Shown piece after piece: positions 1-12,874 of a stretch of DNA of 64,000 nucleotides. Positions within the stretch are counted from its first letter, which is position 1; each line of letters starts with the position of its first letter. Location: positions 8,370,001 through 8,434,000 of the forward strand of contig NC_086380.1 of NCBI RefSeq assembly GCF_036588685.1, given 5' to 3'. Both the position numbers and the translations under genes were made by a program. The notes beneath the pieces are model-generated. The model did not search any database, had not been told where the DNA came from, and saw nothing but the letters and a program-made list of their open reading frames with translations. This DNA is from Mytilus trossulus (lineage: Eukaryota).

Positions 1-595
1 TATCATTTTGAAACTTCTTACACATGTTTCCTTTGTTAATATCTGTATTATTTGAGTGCCAAATTTAGAGCTTTGACACCAATTTCACTGTTCACTGAGC
101 ATACAAAATGATAGTGTGAGTGGGGCATCCATGTACTTTGGACACACTCTTGTTTTAAAAACTATTAAGGATTTTCAGATTTTACCTCATTGATAAGTAA
201 CACACTGCCTATGAATAATGCATTATCATAATTAAAGGCTAATCATGATTTAATTGAAGATAAAATTTGAAATGTGAGTGCTTGTTTAAAATGCTTAGTT
301 AAACATTTTAGTTAAAAGTTTGAAGATTAACACAAATATGTTTTCTATAGATCATACTGATTTATTAACAAAATTAACTCCAATTACTGAAATGGTCAAC
401 AAATTAAACCATATCCATAATGTTAACTATGAAATTGCAATGAAACAAACTATTTTATTTGTCATATAAACCATAAAAATATAAATTCACAAAAAACAAT
501 TCTTATTGTGACATGATTTTACTGGAAAGTGCACTTATGTGAAAGTCGTCTATAAATAGTGGCATTCACAGATAAGATTGATGTATATTTAATAG

Positions 596-1286
596 ATTGC
601 CTATACAGATGTTGGTTCACCTCTAAGTAACAAGTATTACCTGGGTTTTGACAAAGGTGAGATGTATGGACTTGACCACACAATGCAGAGGTTTTCACCT
701 GAAGTATCTTCAGAACTACGAGCACAGACCGACATTCCAGGCTTGTTTCTTACCGGTAATTAAAATTTGTGTATTAATTTTATTATTTTTATAATGGGTA
801 TTTAAAGCCAAAATGTAAATGGACTGTTCTTTTCTATGACTATTTTGACAGCCACTGAATTCATTACATAAGTCAGATTGAAGCTTTGTCAACAATGTCC
901 ATTTGATTTGTCATTAATATATAAAGCTTATAATTTGAATACCTTCTGAAATTGCAGTTATTAAGCTCACATCGCATTGGTGTCCATTCTACAAGATGGC
1001 AATACTAAATGCATGCAACAAATTCTGAATTAACAGTAGCACATGCAACTTTCATTTTCAAATTACACTTACAAATAATTCAACTATAACATGTTTGTAG
1101 ATTAGCTTTAAACCTTTTTGAATTTATTCTACAGGTCAGGATATATCAACCTGTGGATTTACTGGTGCTATGTTTGGTGGTATGTTCTGTGCTGGTGCTG
1201 TCTTGAATAGGAAACTCCACAATGACCTGGAAACACTCGTTAAAGAGATCAGGAAAAACAATGACACCAAGAAAAAGTCACTCTAA
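596..1286 (+). CDS. RETSAT: All-trans-retinol 13,14-reductase (retinol saturase)-like gene, last two coding exons (596-755, 1135-1286); upstream exons lie outside the window
   Basis: Spliced translation IAYTDVGSPLSNKYYLGFDKGEMYGLDHTMQRFSPEVSSELRAQTDIPGLFLTG|QDISTCGFTGAMFGGMFCAGAVLNRKLHNDL...KKSL* matches the RETSAT C-terminal pattern (GSPL-N-YL...YG-DH...IP-L-LTGQD--TCG). AG/GT sites are phase-compatible; TAA at 1284-1286. Confidence 0.88.
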
Positions 1287-1376
1287 AACCAACATAAAAA
1301 TCCTGGACTTGCGTTAAAGAGATCAGGAAAAACAATGACACCAAGAAAAAGTCACTCTAAAACCAACACAAAAATC
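1238..1376 (+). repeat. Direct duplication (74-bp offset) of the RETSAT-like CDS end including the stop codon
   Basis: cgttaaagagatcaggaaaaacaatgacaccaagaaaaagtcactctaaaaccaaca at 1238 and again at 1312. Confidence 0.9.
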
Positions 1377-1483
1377 AAATCTGTGATTTAACTTATATAG
1401 GGTATTTTATACTTTGTTTACTTAGTTAATGTAATAGGTTCTTTTATACATAAATGACTATGTAGAAAAGTTATGGATATTAA

Positions 1484-1570
1484 TTTAGTTTGAACATATT
1501 TGTTTATAGTGGATTGGGAAACAAGTTATTACAACTTATGTTAATCCATTTCCACTTTGTGGAAGCGAGT
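1484..1570 (-). mobile_element. SINE 3' tail fragment (CR1-like tail)
   Basis: Reverse complement closely matches 22258-22350 (aaagtggaaa...ataagttg.aataa...ttcccaatccactataaa.aaatatg.ttaaactaa). Confidence 0.55.
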
Positions 1571-2905
1571 GAGTAGAGGTTTTTTTATAAAATATGACTG
1601 TAGAAAAATTATAAATGTAAATTTAAACACTACTATTTATAATGATTAAGTTTGTATATGTTTTTAATATATTTATTATTGCCAGTATGAATTTTACATA
1701 TCTTTCTATGTTGTTCTATGTAATCAGTTATTAAGTTACGATCTCAGATATTACAGTTATACATCATAGATAAGTTTTATTTACCAACTATTTTTTCCCT
1801 TTTCAAAGAAATTAAAAAGAAGATTTTGTTCTAGAAGAAGGCGATTGATTGTTTTAAATGTCTTAAATTATTATTGAGAATTTTTTTAATTTGTTAGATT
1901 ACCATGAATGGTTTCAGTATAACATTTTTAACCAAGGGTGTTGTTAGTTTTGTTTTTGGTTTGTATTTTGTTGATTTAAAGGGACGTAACACATTCCTAT
2001 CTAGAAACCAATGAACTGTATGTCATATTAAATTATTTATTCTCTGTACCAGATTGTGTAATCAAATTATTATATATCAAGTTAATGTACTTAAATACTA
2101 TACCAACCAAAAATGTGCTTTATGCACTGTACATTTAATCCTTATGCAAGGTTGTATTTTTTTAAACTGATTTTGTAATGTCAAGTTAATCTGATAAAGG
2201 ATTTAAGTCTAAAGTCAGTCTATTCTTGCCATAAAATATAAAATATTACTAATCATTGTATTACACATTGAATATAGGATCCATGATTTAAGAATACACC
2301 ATTTTTACCAAGATTAATTATTCCTTAGTTGGATTGTGATTTTTTTTGTCATGTTTTTTATTTAAAATATCCTTAGAAGAAAAAAAACTTTAAGTTGACA
2401 AACTTAAATATGGTAATTGATCAGTGTTTCTTTTCACATTAAACTTCAGAGAAAAATACATGTCATAAACATTTTGGTGCAACTTGAACAATCAATTCTA
2501 GTCTTAAAATTTATCATGAATAATATCTGTCACAGTCCCTTGGTTTTTCTCCAGACCAGCTTTAGAGCATGTATAAACAGATATAGACATGTTAATTTCA
2601 TGTTAAAAGGAATTACTATTATTTATTTACTGCCTTTTTTCATGACTTGAAAGTAAACAATATGTTCATTGTTGATATTTAATATTCTTATAAAAATATA
2701 TGATAATGATTTTATAGTCCTCTAAATACTTATATGTACATCACTTTTATGTATACTGCTGTAAGCAAGGTACATCACTTTTATGTATACTGAAACTGTA
2801 ATCTGTAAATTGAAGTTATTTCTCCTTCATTTCGTTATTTAAATCAATGTGTTATTATCAAATTTTCAGATGGTGCAAAAACTTAGATTTTTAATATGTT
2901 AAGTA

Positions 2906-3120
2906 TACTGTGGATTCATTTATTTTCGTGGGTATTAATTTTTTCGTGGAATGCTAAAAACTTGCATATTCGTGGGTACTTGATTTCGTGGTTTTGCCAA
3001 CCTCTGTATACAAGGTCTATTAAAAATATGATATTCGTTGAACATTTCAATTCGTGGTTCACCTGTACCAATGAAACCCACAAAAATTGGTATCCAACGA
3101 ATAATAATGAATCTACAGTA
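2906..3120. mobile_element. ~215-bp MITE of the TACTGT...ACAGTA family (TA target); other copies 28029-28239, 32377-32598, 42624-42840, 48513-48724, 50355-50553, degenerate ~11520-11735
   Basis: Terminal inverted repeats tactgtggattcatt.atttt.gt / ac.aat..taatgaat.cacagta; multiple dispersed homologous copies in the window. Confidence 0.85.
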
Positions 3121-4129
3121 GATAATTATTTAAGTTAGTTCTATTGTGAAAGTCCATCTTATCGATGTAATTAATTGACCAATACATTGTTATACACTGT
3201 CCACAAGGTGAGTTTATTTACAAAATATTTAATATTAATTGTTTATGTTTCATTCACCAAAAAACTTTGTAAATTATGTGCAATTGTATCAAAAGTGCTA
3301 TTTTGTATGTGACAGTGAAATTTCAAATTCTCTGATTTTTATTTTGATGCTAATTTTTCTGCTAAGCACATTCTTAAGTGACATGTTAGAATCTAGGAAA
3401 TATGAAATATGAAAAATAAACAAAGCTTAAATCAATTCTTCAGTCCATCAAAATCAAAATCCACCTAAAATTACACTTTAATTTGTGAAATGTTGTAGTT
3501 AACTACTTAAGACCTCTAATTTAATGAGAATAATAGGTGCAGCTATAAAGTGGTGTTCCTTTAACCTTTTTGGTTTTTAAAAGTATTTTATAAGATTTTT
3601 GTCTTGATGAACTTCACCCCTGTCCAATCTAGGAAAACTTCTCATTGCAATAACTTTTCAATTTTAATACTGAAAAAAAAGAACTACATTCAAATAGAAA
3701 AAAATAAGTCTTTCTTAGTAAGTCATTTATTTAAATAATTATTGTTTATTTAGAAATGTAAGTTTGATAGCATTTTTATAAACCCTTAATTAGCAATTTC
3801 ATGTGATGCTAGACTTAAAAAAAATCTAGATATTTTTTGTTTACTAAATTATAATAACTTTATATTAAAGATTCATATGACTTACTAATGATGATTGGTC
3901 AGGAATTCCAAAAGCTTTATTTAATTGCTGTGTAGAATGCAACTGCACATGCTCAGCCCTCTATGAAAACATTAAACAATACATAAAAAAATACAAATCC
4001 AAGGTTTGATTAAAGTTAGAATTTCATGATTGTGACATTTTTTAAGGAAATTGAAAATTTGCAACAGTAATTTGAGATGTGAGTGCTTGTTAATCATTAT
4101 AATACTTTTTACCTCAATGGATACTTTTG

Positions 4130-4339
4130 TACTGTAAATTTGGAAATTATTGCAAGGTTGTTATAAATGTGAATAATGTGACTGAGTGAGTATTGTAATA
4201 ACTCACATTCTTATACATGTATCTGATACATATATCTGTATGCAGATTTTCCTGACATCACAATAATCAATCTTGCATTTTTGTTTATTTTCAAAAATCA
4301 CAATAATAAATTCATGCAATAATTTTGTAATTTACAGTA
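4130..4339. mobile_element. MITE with TACTGTAAATT...AATTTACAGTA termini
   Basis: Inverted termini tactgtaaatttggaaattattgca / tgcaataattttgtaatttacagta. Confidence 0.7.
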
Positions 4340-6338
4340 GTAAGTCCTTTAGAAAGTTACCAAAAAAAGACCATGACATGTGAATACAAATATTAATTTA
4401 CTTGAGATGTGTTTTTAACATTTCTGTTTATCCAAGTGATTTCATGTGTTCCTACTATTATTTGCTCAGTTATATTAAGTTTCAGTGGGCATTAAATTAA
4501 AATGTGATTCAAAACTTACAAATAAATATAATTTGCATAAATGTTTTTTTTAGTTCTTTTTAATTTGTTATAATTACTTGGAACCATATCTGTCCTTTTG
4601 TCTTTCATTCATAATACAGGAGCCTCTTTAGTCAAGTGTTCTGACATTGTGAGTTGAAACCTTGCTTGTGGCAAGGTTAGATAACTCTGATCCTGATTGA
4701 CTAGGATTGCCAATGATTAAGCAAAAGTGGTGTTAAAACAATACTAACAACCAATCAATTTCACTGAACAGGTTCACATTTTTGTTTAGGGGTCAGATGA
4801 CACCAGCCTCAGGGTGCAGGATTTTCTTGCTGTGTTACCATTGGTCACCTTGGGTTGTTGTCTCTTTTGCACAATCCCCATTTCCATTCTCAATTTTACT
4901 CCATTTTAAATTTTCATTTTTGAGTATTCTCCTCGGAAATCACTGGTCAAGTCAAATCTGGACTTATCAATGAGATCAAATTATCCTGAAATCACTGGTC
5001 CAGGCAAAACTGGACTTGTCAGTGAGATAAAATGTGAAATGATCCTGGAATTCAATAGATCAGTTATCCTCAATATTCATCTAAATTGCTTCTAGTCAAT
5101 TTTTTTTGAAAGTTATTCTTTAAAAATTAGAAATATAAATTCTTATTGTAATCCAAGTTGACCATAGGTATATGTGTTCTTCGAAATATTCTCTAGTAAA
5201 TGATCCTAAAATAGGAATGAATAATTCTAAGATGATGTCCTCCTAAGTTCATATTTGTATAGTGTAGACCTTGATGTTATGTATCAATATGCTTGTAGCC
5301 AGGATGTCATTAAGACAGGTTATATGGCATCACAAGGCCGACTTGAAATTGTCAAACTTCAATCTGAATCTAAATCTTAAGTAAGTTGAGTTTTCAGGGG
5401 AGGGTAGGGAACTGGTTGTTAAAAACCATGGATTTGACAATCAAAAATCATGATGAGGTGGTTAATCCAAGCCACCAGTTGCTGCTTTTTTCATTAGTTT
5501 TCTGATGCCATCTTCAACATATGTGTAGTCTTCCTTTCAGTTGAAAGTTGTAGAAGTTGTTTTCACAAATAGGTAACAACCTTATCCCAACTGCCTTTCC
5601 GCCTGACATGGTCATACTATAAGATGGTGATGGATTTTGTCCCACACATCAAAACCTCAAAATCTAAATGGAGCTTTCTTCTCCAAATTCAATAATCCAT
5701 CATTAAGAAAAACAAATCCATAATACATGTACATGTAGCAGGTGCCATCTTTCACATATGACATTCTATAGGGAAGACTCAGTGATCTGGATTGAAAACT
5801 GTAGATGCTGTTAAGACAAATTAGATACCCTCCCTATCCCTAACTGCCCATTAATACAAACACCTTTGCCTTTCAATGATGTTGGGACAGATGAACAAAG
5901 GTATACCATACATAGTAAAACTGGTGTTTGAAAGGCATACAAAAATGTTTACGTCCCAAGTACAAATGAAGTTAAGGAAGCTTTTAGGAAAACGTTTCCG
6001 AGTAATAGTAAGTTTCAGACAGATGAATGGATGGACAAGACATATTGATTGCTTGATTGTTGTTTGCATTAGCACAGAAAGGTTATATCAGGGCAAGAGC
6101 TAATTTGAATATTTAGACAGGACAAAGAAATCAAGACTAGAAAGTCGGGAACAAAACATAATTTCACATTACATTTTGCAAAAAAATTAAATTCTATTAA
6201 ATATTTCATTTTAATTCAACATAAGGGTTATTAATAATAACCTGATATGAAATTCAAAACTAACAAACAAACACAAACAAGAGACATACAATGTTAAATC
6301 ATAACATCACAGATAAGTCTAACAATGTATATAATTTA

Positions 6339-6580
6339 CAGCTAATTTCTTAATGCATTTAGAGGAAGACTTTGGTTAGCTTGCTTGCTTTGTTTGTATA
6401 TTGTTCAATTATATTGGGATAATGTCCAATTTAATTTAAATATGATATATAAAGGTTAACTATGTCATATATTTTGTTTGGAGATGTTAATCTTAATTTC
6501 AAAGCTTGAATAAACAATAATACAAACAAAGCAAGCACACCAACCAAAGTTTTACTATACAAGCATTAAGAAATTAGCTG
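6339..6580. mobile_element. Tc1/mariner-like MITE with ~70-bp TIRs, flanked by TA
   Basis: TA|cagctaatttcttaatgc...gcttgctttgtttgtat ... atacaaacaaagcaagc...gcattaagaaattagctg|TA. Confidence 0.7.
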
Positions 6581-7305
6581 TAAAAGAAATAAAAAAAAGC
6601 CAATTCAACTGAATCACAATTTTAAGCTTTATAATCAAAATGATTGTTTAAAAAAAAGATTGTCCATAAACAGTTTCATATGTGACATTCCTAAAAATTC
6701 AGCATTAATTCTGTGAAGCCAGTAATAAACTTGGGATATTTCATTGAAACAATTTTTTACAAGTCAATTATTTACAATGATTTCTGAAAAAAAAAAATTA
6801 AGCACTTTGAACAAAGGCACTTTTATTTGAAAACGTTTATATAACTTTATACAAGTATTCGAATTTTATACCTATTATCACTTATATTTGTTTTGTTTTC
6901 TTTATATCTTCAGAACCTTTGTGTGAATGAGGTAAAACAGGTAAATCCAGACTTTTAAAAGGTGGGTTTCAACTTTCAACCCAGGAGAAAATAAAAGGAG
7001 AGTTCCAACATCCGTCCCCCTGAAACACCCCCATGGATCCATAACTGTCAAATTTTTAAGTTTTTGAATTTTCAAAAAGCTAGGTAAACTTCATGCATGT
7101 CCGACAGTTTATCAGACATTTTGTCAGGAAATAACTAACATGAATTTTAAGATGATTGTATAATAGAAACATTATTTTAGCTATTAGTACTGTGCTGCCA
7201 ATTATTCCTAATGTCACACTGGTCATGCTGGACAGCTGTCTAACCACTATTGAACACAGCTAATATTAAAACCAAAATGACCATAATCACATGATAATTG
7301 AGATT

Positions 7306-7545
7306 CTTCTGTGGCCCCACTTTCAAGAAGCACGCCGACAAAAGAAAAAGGCTTTCTTTAAGAGAGACCGGCTATTCATTGACGGGAATGAGTTTTTACC
7401 GAAAAACAACACACACGTTATGGATACAGACGAAAGACAGACGCGTTCACGCCATCCACCAAAAGACCAAGGTGCTCGACCCAAAGAATTCACCCAGCCG
7501 AAAAATCCACAACCCCGTAGAGGACCCCGAAAAGGACAGAACTAG
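7306..7545 (+). CDS. LINE ORF1 protein, C-terminal fragment (5' truncated)
   Basis: LLWPHFQEARRQKKKAFFKRDRLFIDG resembles the A-x-x-x-x-D-K/R-L-x-I-D-G end of invertebrate LINE ORF1 proteins; ends at TAG 7543-7545. Confidence 0.65.
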   Translation, partial: LLWPHFQEARRQKKKAFFKRDRLFIDGNEFLPKNNTHVMDTDERQTRSRHPPKDQGARPKEFTQPKNPQPRRGPRKGQN

Positions 7546-10500
7546 GAATACCGTGGAGGATTAAACAGTACCGTTATAAATGACCAGTGTAAACAAACTA
7601 GCGACCTTCACTCTTGTTCATTACCTGTAAATAAAGATATTGATGTTCAAAATAAAACTATTGAAATCCTTTCATTAAATGTATGTGGTATTAAAACGAA
7701 ACTTTTGTATCCGGAATTTAAGTCATTATTAGATAACCATGACATTTTTTGTTTAACAGAAACGAAACTAGATGATGTAGACGAAATAGATTGTGATAAT
7801 TTTATTTTTCATTATAAAAACAGAAAGAAGCTAGCAAATCACAAATCTGGTGGTATTGCTTTGGGTTTTAAAAAATATTTAGACAAGTATATTAAATATA
7901 TTCAGTCAGACTGCCAATTTGTACTTTGGTTTAGTATAGACAAAAAAGTTTTAGATTTACCAAATGATGCTATTTTTGGAATTATATATATCCCACCGAT
8001 AAATACTTCATATACATCAGAAGATGCATTTACTGAAATTGAATTTGAATTACAAAATTTTTGTAGTAAAACAAACTATATTACTATGCTTGGCGATTTT
8101 AATAGTCGCACGGGAAATTTGTCTGATTTTTATAACACTGATAAAGATAGTTCTTTTGAAAATAATTTCACAGATTATGATGAATTAAGTGATGTTGATG
8201 TTTTAGATGAACTTGGTATACCAAGGCTGAGAAATAGTATAGATACTGTAGTAAATGGGTATGGAAGAAAATTTATTGATTTTTGTAAAAATAACAGAAT
8301 GTTTATTCTTAACGGTAGACTGGAAGAAAACAAAACAGGTAGTCCAACTAGTAGAAATTCTAGCGTTATTGACTATGCGTTGAGTTCTACTCATTTTCTA
8401 TACAACATTTGTAAACTTGAAGTGTTAAATTTTTGTAAACTATTTTCAGATGTACACTCTCCTTTGTCTCTTCAATTGTATACAAATAATGAGATAAAAG
8501 ACAAATTGTTAACAGAAACATTTTGTTGTGGTGACGAAAGAGTAAATAAATGGAAAAATGAAAAATGTAATGAGTATAAGAACAATATAGATAGAAATAA
8601 AGTTGATGATATATGTAATAGATTGTCTGCATATGTAAATGATGTAAAAAATGTTACTAAATATGATATGAATAACATTGTTACTGATATTTGTGATACT
8701 TTAACCGAATCTGCCAAGGCAACATTCGGAACTTCGACATTTAATAAAACTATGTTTAAGTGCTCAAAGAACCAGTGTAGTAAAGACTGGTACAATAAAG
8801 ATTGTAAAAAAGCGCAACGAGAATTTAGAAAATCTAAGAGATTATACAAACATTATGGGTCGAATATTTTTAAAGAACGACTTAGACAAAGTGAATTATA
8901 TTATAAAAAAGTTATGGATGTTAATATTAAGAATCATAATACAGAAATGAGTAAAAAGATGAAGGAAATAAAAACAAAAAATCCAAAAGAATTTTGGAAA
9001 TTGTTTAATAGAGGTAGAAAAAGAGAGAAAAGCAATATTTCACTGCAAAACTTATTTGATTTTTTCAAGGACTTAAACAAAAATAAGTTCGAAAATGAGT
9101 TTTTGATAGAAAACGATGTAAATTCTGATACAGTAAATGACAATTTGAATTGTCAAATAACCCGGGATGAAATTTTGAAAGCTGTAAAAAAAACTAAAAA
9201 TAATAAATCTCCGGGTGAAGACCAAGTTATAAATGAATATATTGCTTCTTCTCTTGATTGTATGGTTGATATTTATGTACATTTATTTAATATTGTATTT
9301 GATACGGGAATCCTGCCTGAGGCTTGGCTTATTGGAAATGTAATACCTATTTTCAAAAACAAGGGGAGTAAATTAGACGCCAAAAATTATAGGCCGATTA
9401 CACTTTTGTCATGTCTAGGGAAAGTTTTCACGTCAATTCTTAACGACAGACTTGGGGATTTTGTTGAAAATTATAACATCTTAAATGAAAACCAAGCAGG
9501 TTTCCGGCAAGGTTATTCTACAACGGATCATGTTTTTTCATTATATACTTTATTTGAATTATTACGGGTGAAAAAGAAGAAATTATTTTGTGTATTTGTC
9601 GACTTCGAAAAAGCTTTTGATTTTATTCATCGAAACTCATTATTTTTCAAACTGATACTAAACCATGTGAATGGAAAATTTCTAAGAATTATTAAAAATA
9701 TGTATGATGATGTCAAATCTAGAATTGTTCATAATTCAGAAGTTTCTGATGTCTTTGCCTGTGAAACAGGAGTTAGACAAGGGGAAAACCTTTCCCCTTT
9801 ACTTTTTTCCTTGTATCTAAATGATTTACAAGAATTTTTAGAAAATTCTAATATTGAAGGAATTCAGTCTGTAACAAAAGACATTGAAAATGAACTTTTT
9901 GTATATTTTAAATTTTTTCTGTTATTGTATGCTGATGATACAATACTACTTGCTGAATCTAGTCATGATTTGCAATGTATGTTGGACAAATTTTCAGAAT
10001 ATTGTAAACAATGGAAATTGAAAATAAATATAAATAAAACGAAAATTATGATATTTTCAAAAGGTAGAATACCTAGAAATTTGTTATTTAATATAGATGG
10101 AAATGAAATTGAGATAGTCAGTAACTATAAATATCTTGGTATTATTTTTTCTAGAAGTGGCTCATTTCTTTCCACCAGAAAATATCTACGTGACCAGGCG
10201 ATTAAAGCAATGTATGCTGTAATTAAAAAATCCAGATTAAATAACTTGTCGATCGAGTGCCAACTCGATATGTTTGATAAGGCTATTGTTCCTATACTAA
10301 CTTATGGGTGTGAGATATGGGGATTTGAAAATTTAGATATTCTTGAGAGAGTTCATTTGCGTTTTTGCAAACATATATTGAGGTTAAAAAATTCAACCCC
10401 CAATTTTATGGTCTATGGGGAACTGGGAAGATACCCGATTTCAGTTACCGTCAAGTCACGTATGATTAATTTCTGGTGTCGTTTACAAGAAGGGAAAGAG

Positions 10501-11115
10501 AGCAAATTATCATGTTTATTATATAAGCTGTTATATGTAAATCTCAATAACTATGGTTATGATAGTAAATGGATATTATATATAAAGAAAATTTTTGATG
10601 ACTGTGGAATGTCAAATATATGGCAAAGTCACAACTTATTTGAGAAACGTTGGGTTGTATTGAGTGTTCAGCAAAGATTAAGAGATCAGTTCATTCAAGA
10701 ATGGTCAACAGAAATAAACAATTCGCCCAAGGGGCTGTGTTATAGATTGTACAAAAATGTTTTTAAATTTGAACACTATTTATCAGTACTACCATTTAAT
10801 TTATTAATAACCTTATGTAAATTTAGATGTGGGAATAACCGTTTGCCCATTGAGACGGGAAGGTGGCGCAACATCCCAAGATCTGAAAGATTGTGTCACC
10901 TTTGCGCCTCAGCTGACATTGGTGATGAATACCATTATATCATGTCATGTAATTATTTCAAAGATGAAAGATGCAAATACTTACCTCATTATTGTAATAA
11001 AAATATAAATGTTATCAAATTCAAACAAGTATGTTCAACCCAAAATATTGTTGAACTTGAGAAACTTTGTAGATTTATTAAATCTATTTCTGTGAAAGTC
11101 TATCCTCCTGGTTAA
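7546..11115 (+). CDS. LINE ORF2: AP endonuclease + reverse transcriptase + C-terminal CCHC zinc finger (open from 7546; track ORF 7705-11115 starts at TTG)
   Basis: Motifs SLNVCG, LTET, GDFN, IDY, SDVH (endonuclease); YRPITLL, FVDFEKAFD, GVRQGENLSP, YADD, YLG (RT); C-x2-C...H...C finger. No stop codon over 1189 codons. Confidence 0.95.
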   Translation, partial: EYRGGLNSTVINDQCKQTSDLHSCSLPVNKDIDVQNKTIEILSLNVCGIKTKLLYPEFKSLLDNHDIFCLTETKLDDVDEIDCDNFIFHYKNRKKLANHKSGGIALGFKKYLDKYIKYIQSDCQFVLWFSIDKKVLDLPNDAIFGIIYIPPINTSYTSEDAFTEIEFELQNFCSKTNYITMLGDFNSRTGNLSDFYNTDKDSSFENNFTDYDELSDVDVLDELGIPRLRNSIDTVVNGYGRKFIDFCKNNRMFILNGRLEENKTGSPTSRNSSVIDYALSSTHFLYNICKLEVLNFCKLFSDVHSPLSLQLYTNNEIKDKLLTETFCCGDERVNKWKNEKCNEYKNNIDRNKVDDICNRLSAYVNDVKNVTKYDMNNIVTDICDTLTESAKATFGTSTFNKTMFKCSKNQCSKDWYNKDCKKAQREFRKSKRLYKHYGSNIFKERLRQSELYYKKVMDVNIKNHNTEMSKKMKEIKTKNPKEFWKLFNRGRKREKSNISLQNLFDFFKDLNKNKFENEFLIENDVNSDTVNDNLNCQITRDEILKAVKKTKNNKSPGEDQVINEYIASSLDCMVDIYVHLFNIVFDTGILPEAWLIGNVIPIFKNKGSKLDAKNYRPITLLSCLGKVFTSILNDRLGDFVENYNILNENQAGFRQGYSTTDHVFSLYTLFELLRVKKKKLFCVFVDFEKAFDFIHRNSLFFKLILNHVNGKFLRIIKNMYDDVKSRIVHNSEVSDVFACETGVRQGENLSPLLFSLYLNDLQEFLENSNIEGIQSVTKDIENELFVYFKFFLLLYADDTILLAESSHDLQCMLDKFSEYCKQWKLKININKTKIMIFSKGRIPRNLLFNIDGNEIEIVSNYKYLGIIFSRSGSFLSTRKYLRDQAIKAMYAVIKKSRLNNLSIECQLDMFDKAIVPILTYGCEIWGFENLDILERVHLRFCKHILRLKNSTPNFMVYGELGRYPISVTVKSRMINFWCRLQEGKESKLSCLLYKLLYVNLNNYGYDSKWILYIKKIFDDCGMSNIWQSHNLFEKRWVVLSVQQRLRDQFIQEWSTEINNSPKGLCYRLYKNVFKFEHYLSVLPFNLLITLCKFRCGNNRLPIETGRWRNIPRSERLCHLCASADIGDEYHYIMSCNYFKDERCKYLPHYCNKNINVIKFKQVCSTQNIVELEKLCRFIKSISVKVYPPG

Positions 11116-12874
11116 TACAACTATGTGTTTATTTGTTATTTGTGTAAATATCATATTAATTTGTATTTCACACATGCTATATCTTATATATGTAATATAT
11201 ATTATTGTAATATCTTCTCTATAACTATGTATTTGGTTTTATGAGAATAAAGATCATTCATTCACATAATGAGTAGTGGACTTTGGCTATATAAGTATGG
11301 ATTTCCTAACATTAGCTAACTAATTCAAATGGATTTCTACATTTAACATACACAATGTACCCTGACCAACAATAAACAAAGGAATGATCAACAATCAATA
11401 ACAAATTATAGTACAATTAATAAATAAAAATTGCCATATATGTAGTCTCAAAATAAAAATCAACGATAAAGTAAATAATTGTCTTCAGAACACACATGTA
11501 CATGTAACATATTTATGCAGAGTAAAGAAATGTTGGTTCAATTACTTTTATTGGTACTAAATTTAATTTTTCATGGATTGAGGAAAAATTGCATTTTCCA
11601 ATAAATTGGGATTCCTGGTTTTGAAAATTTTGGCATATCAAATAATTGGAATAGAAACTTATATTTTCTGGTTTAATAAAATTGATCCACAAAATCCCAG
11701 AAATGCAGTACCCCACTTTAAATAATGAATACACAGTATTCAATACCAAACATACCCAAAAAAATGTGAAGTACATATTTTAAAAGAACTAATCTATAAC
11801 AATTAATGCATTTTAAACAATTTAACAGTTAAAGTTTTTGATCAACATGATCCATTTTTTACTCAGCTGTGAAATTCAGACAGTTTGCCTAGCTAATTAA
11901 AATACTAGTACCTTTTAATACATGTGTTATAAGATTGTGAATTATGCAATTTTGAAATTGTTTAACCTCTAGAGTTCACATGTTCAACTTTCTACAGCTT
12001 TCAAAACTTCACACAAAGGCAGTATAACAATTATTTTATAACACCTCAGAGAAAACCCAATTATCTGTGTTTTTTAAATTTCTAAATGTACTTTAGTATG
12101 CTAGAGAGTATTGTGACACAAAAACAAATTATTGAATTACTCTCTGTTTTATTTATGCAATCTTAAAAAACAAATCTGTGAAATGCATGTATCTTTGGCA
12201 TGTAAGCATGGTAAGGAGCCGAATTTAATCCTTGAAAAAGGCTATTATTTGAACTTGAAATTATTTTTAATTATGGAATTTGCAAGATTTCTTGTTATTG
12301 AAATTTTTAATAAATTCCAGGTTTATTATGTACTGAAATGTTCTGTGCTGTGCACAACACTATCTAACCAAAATACATTGTATGGAAAGTGTTAAATAAA
12401 CCGCTCAAAAGATTATACATGTAATACCAAATAATCATGGAATTTATTAAAAATTTTAAACACAAGAAATTATGCAAATTCCATAATTAAAAACAAATAA
12501 AGAATAGGCAAAAAATACACCTTATCGTTAATCCCGGCTGACCCGGCCGCTTGAAATTTTGATGCATACAACAATCACTTTCCCATTGTGGCGTCAGATA
12601 TTTTGTTTTATGACGTCATGTATGTATGCTTGTTGTGCTATTTATCAGATTCCCAGTATCATGATTATATTATTTAAACATAAAACATGTTATGATTGTA
12701 AATTGTCAAGAATTTAAAAAAAAAAAATTGCAAAAAATGAAAATGTGAGTTTTTAACAATGTGATTTGGCAGTTGTTTTTTTTATACATTTCTTTTGAAT
12801 TTTTTGGCACCATAATCAATGGTTAACTGAAAATTCATCGTTTTCACATTTCACAGCTTCAAATACCCATTATA

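Larger units (their letters stand above)
7305..11264 (+). mobile_element. 5'-truncated non-LTR retrotransposon (APE-RT LINE; RTE-X/Crack-like, clade uncertain) with ORF1 remnant, intact ORF2, AATAAA and (TCAT)n tail
   Basis: ORF1 C-terminus (KKAFFKRDRLFIDG), ORF2 with endonuclease, RT and CCHC finger, AATAAA at 11246-11251 followed by tcattcattca. Confidence 0.92.

Noticed and set aside
5851-6050. Coding-looking stretch (LIQTPLPFNDVGTDEQRYTIHSKTGV*KAYKNVYVPST...) with an in-frame TGA; possible selenoprotein or pseudogene
   Set aside because: No recognisable domain, splice context or SECIS; cannot be supported.
8203-9282. Several minus-strand ORFs over LINE ORF2 (also 14841-15038, 53164-53370, 63179-63367)
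   Set aside because: Antisense shadows of real coding regions.
7285-11272. Possible TSD for the large LINE (tcacatgataattgag vs tcacataatgag)
   Set aside because: The match is imperfect and overlaps the tail repeat; not a convincing duplication.
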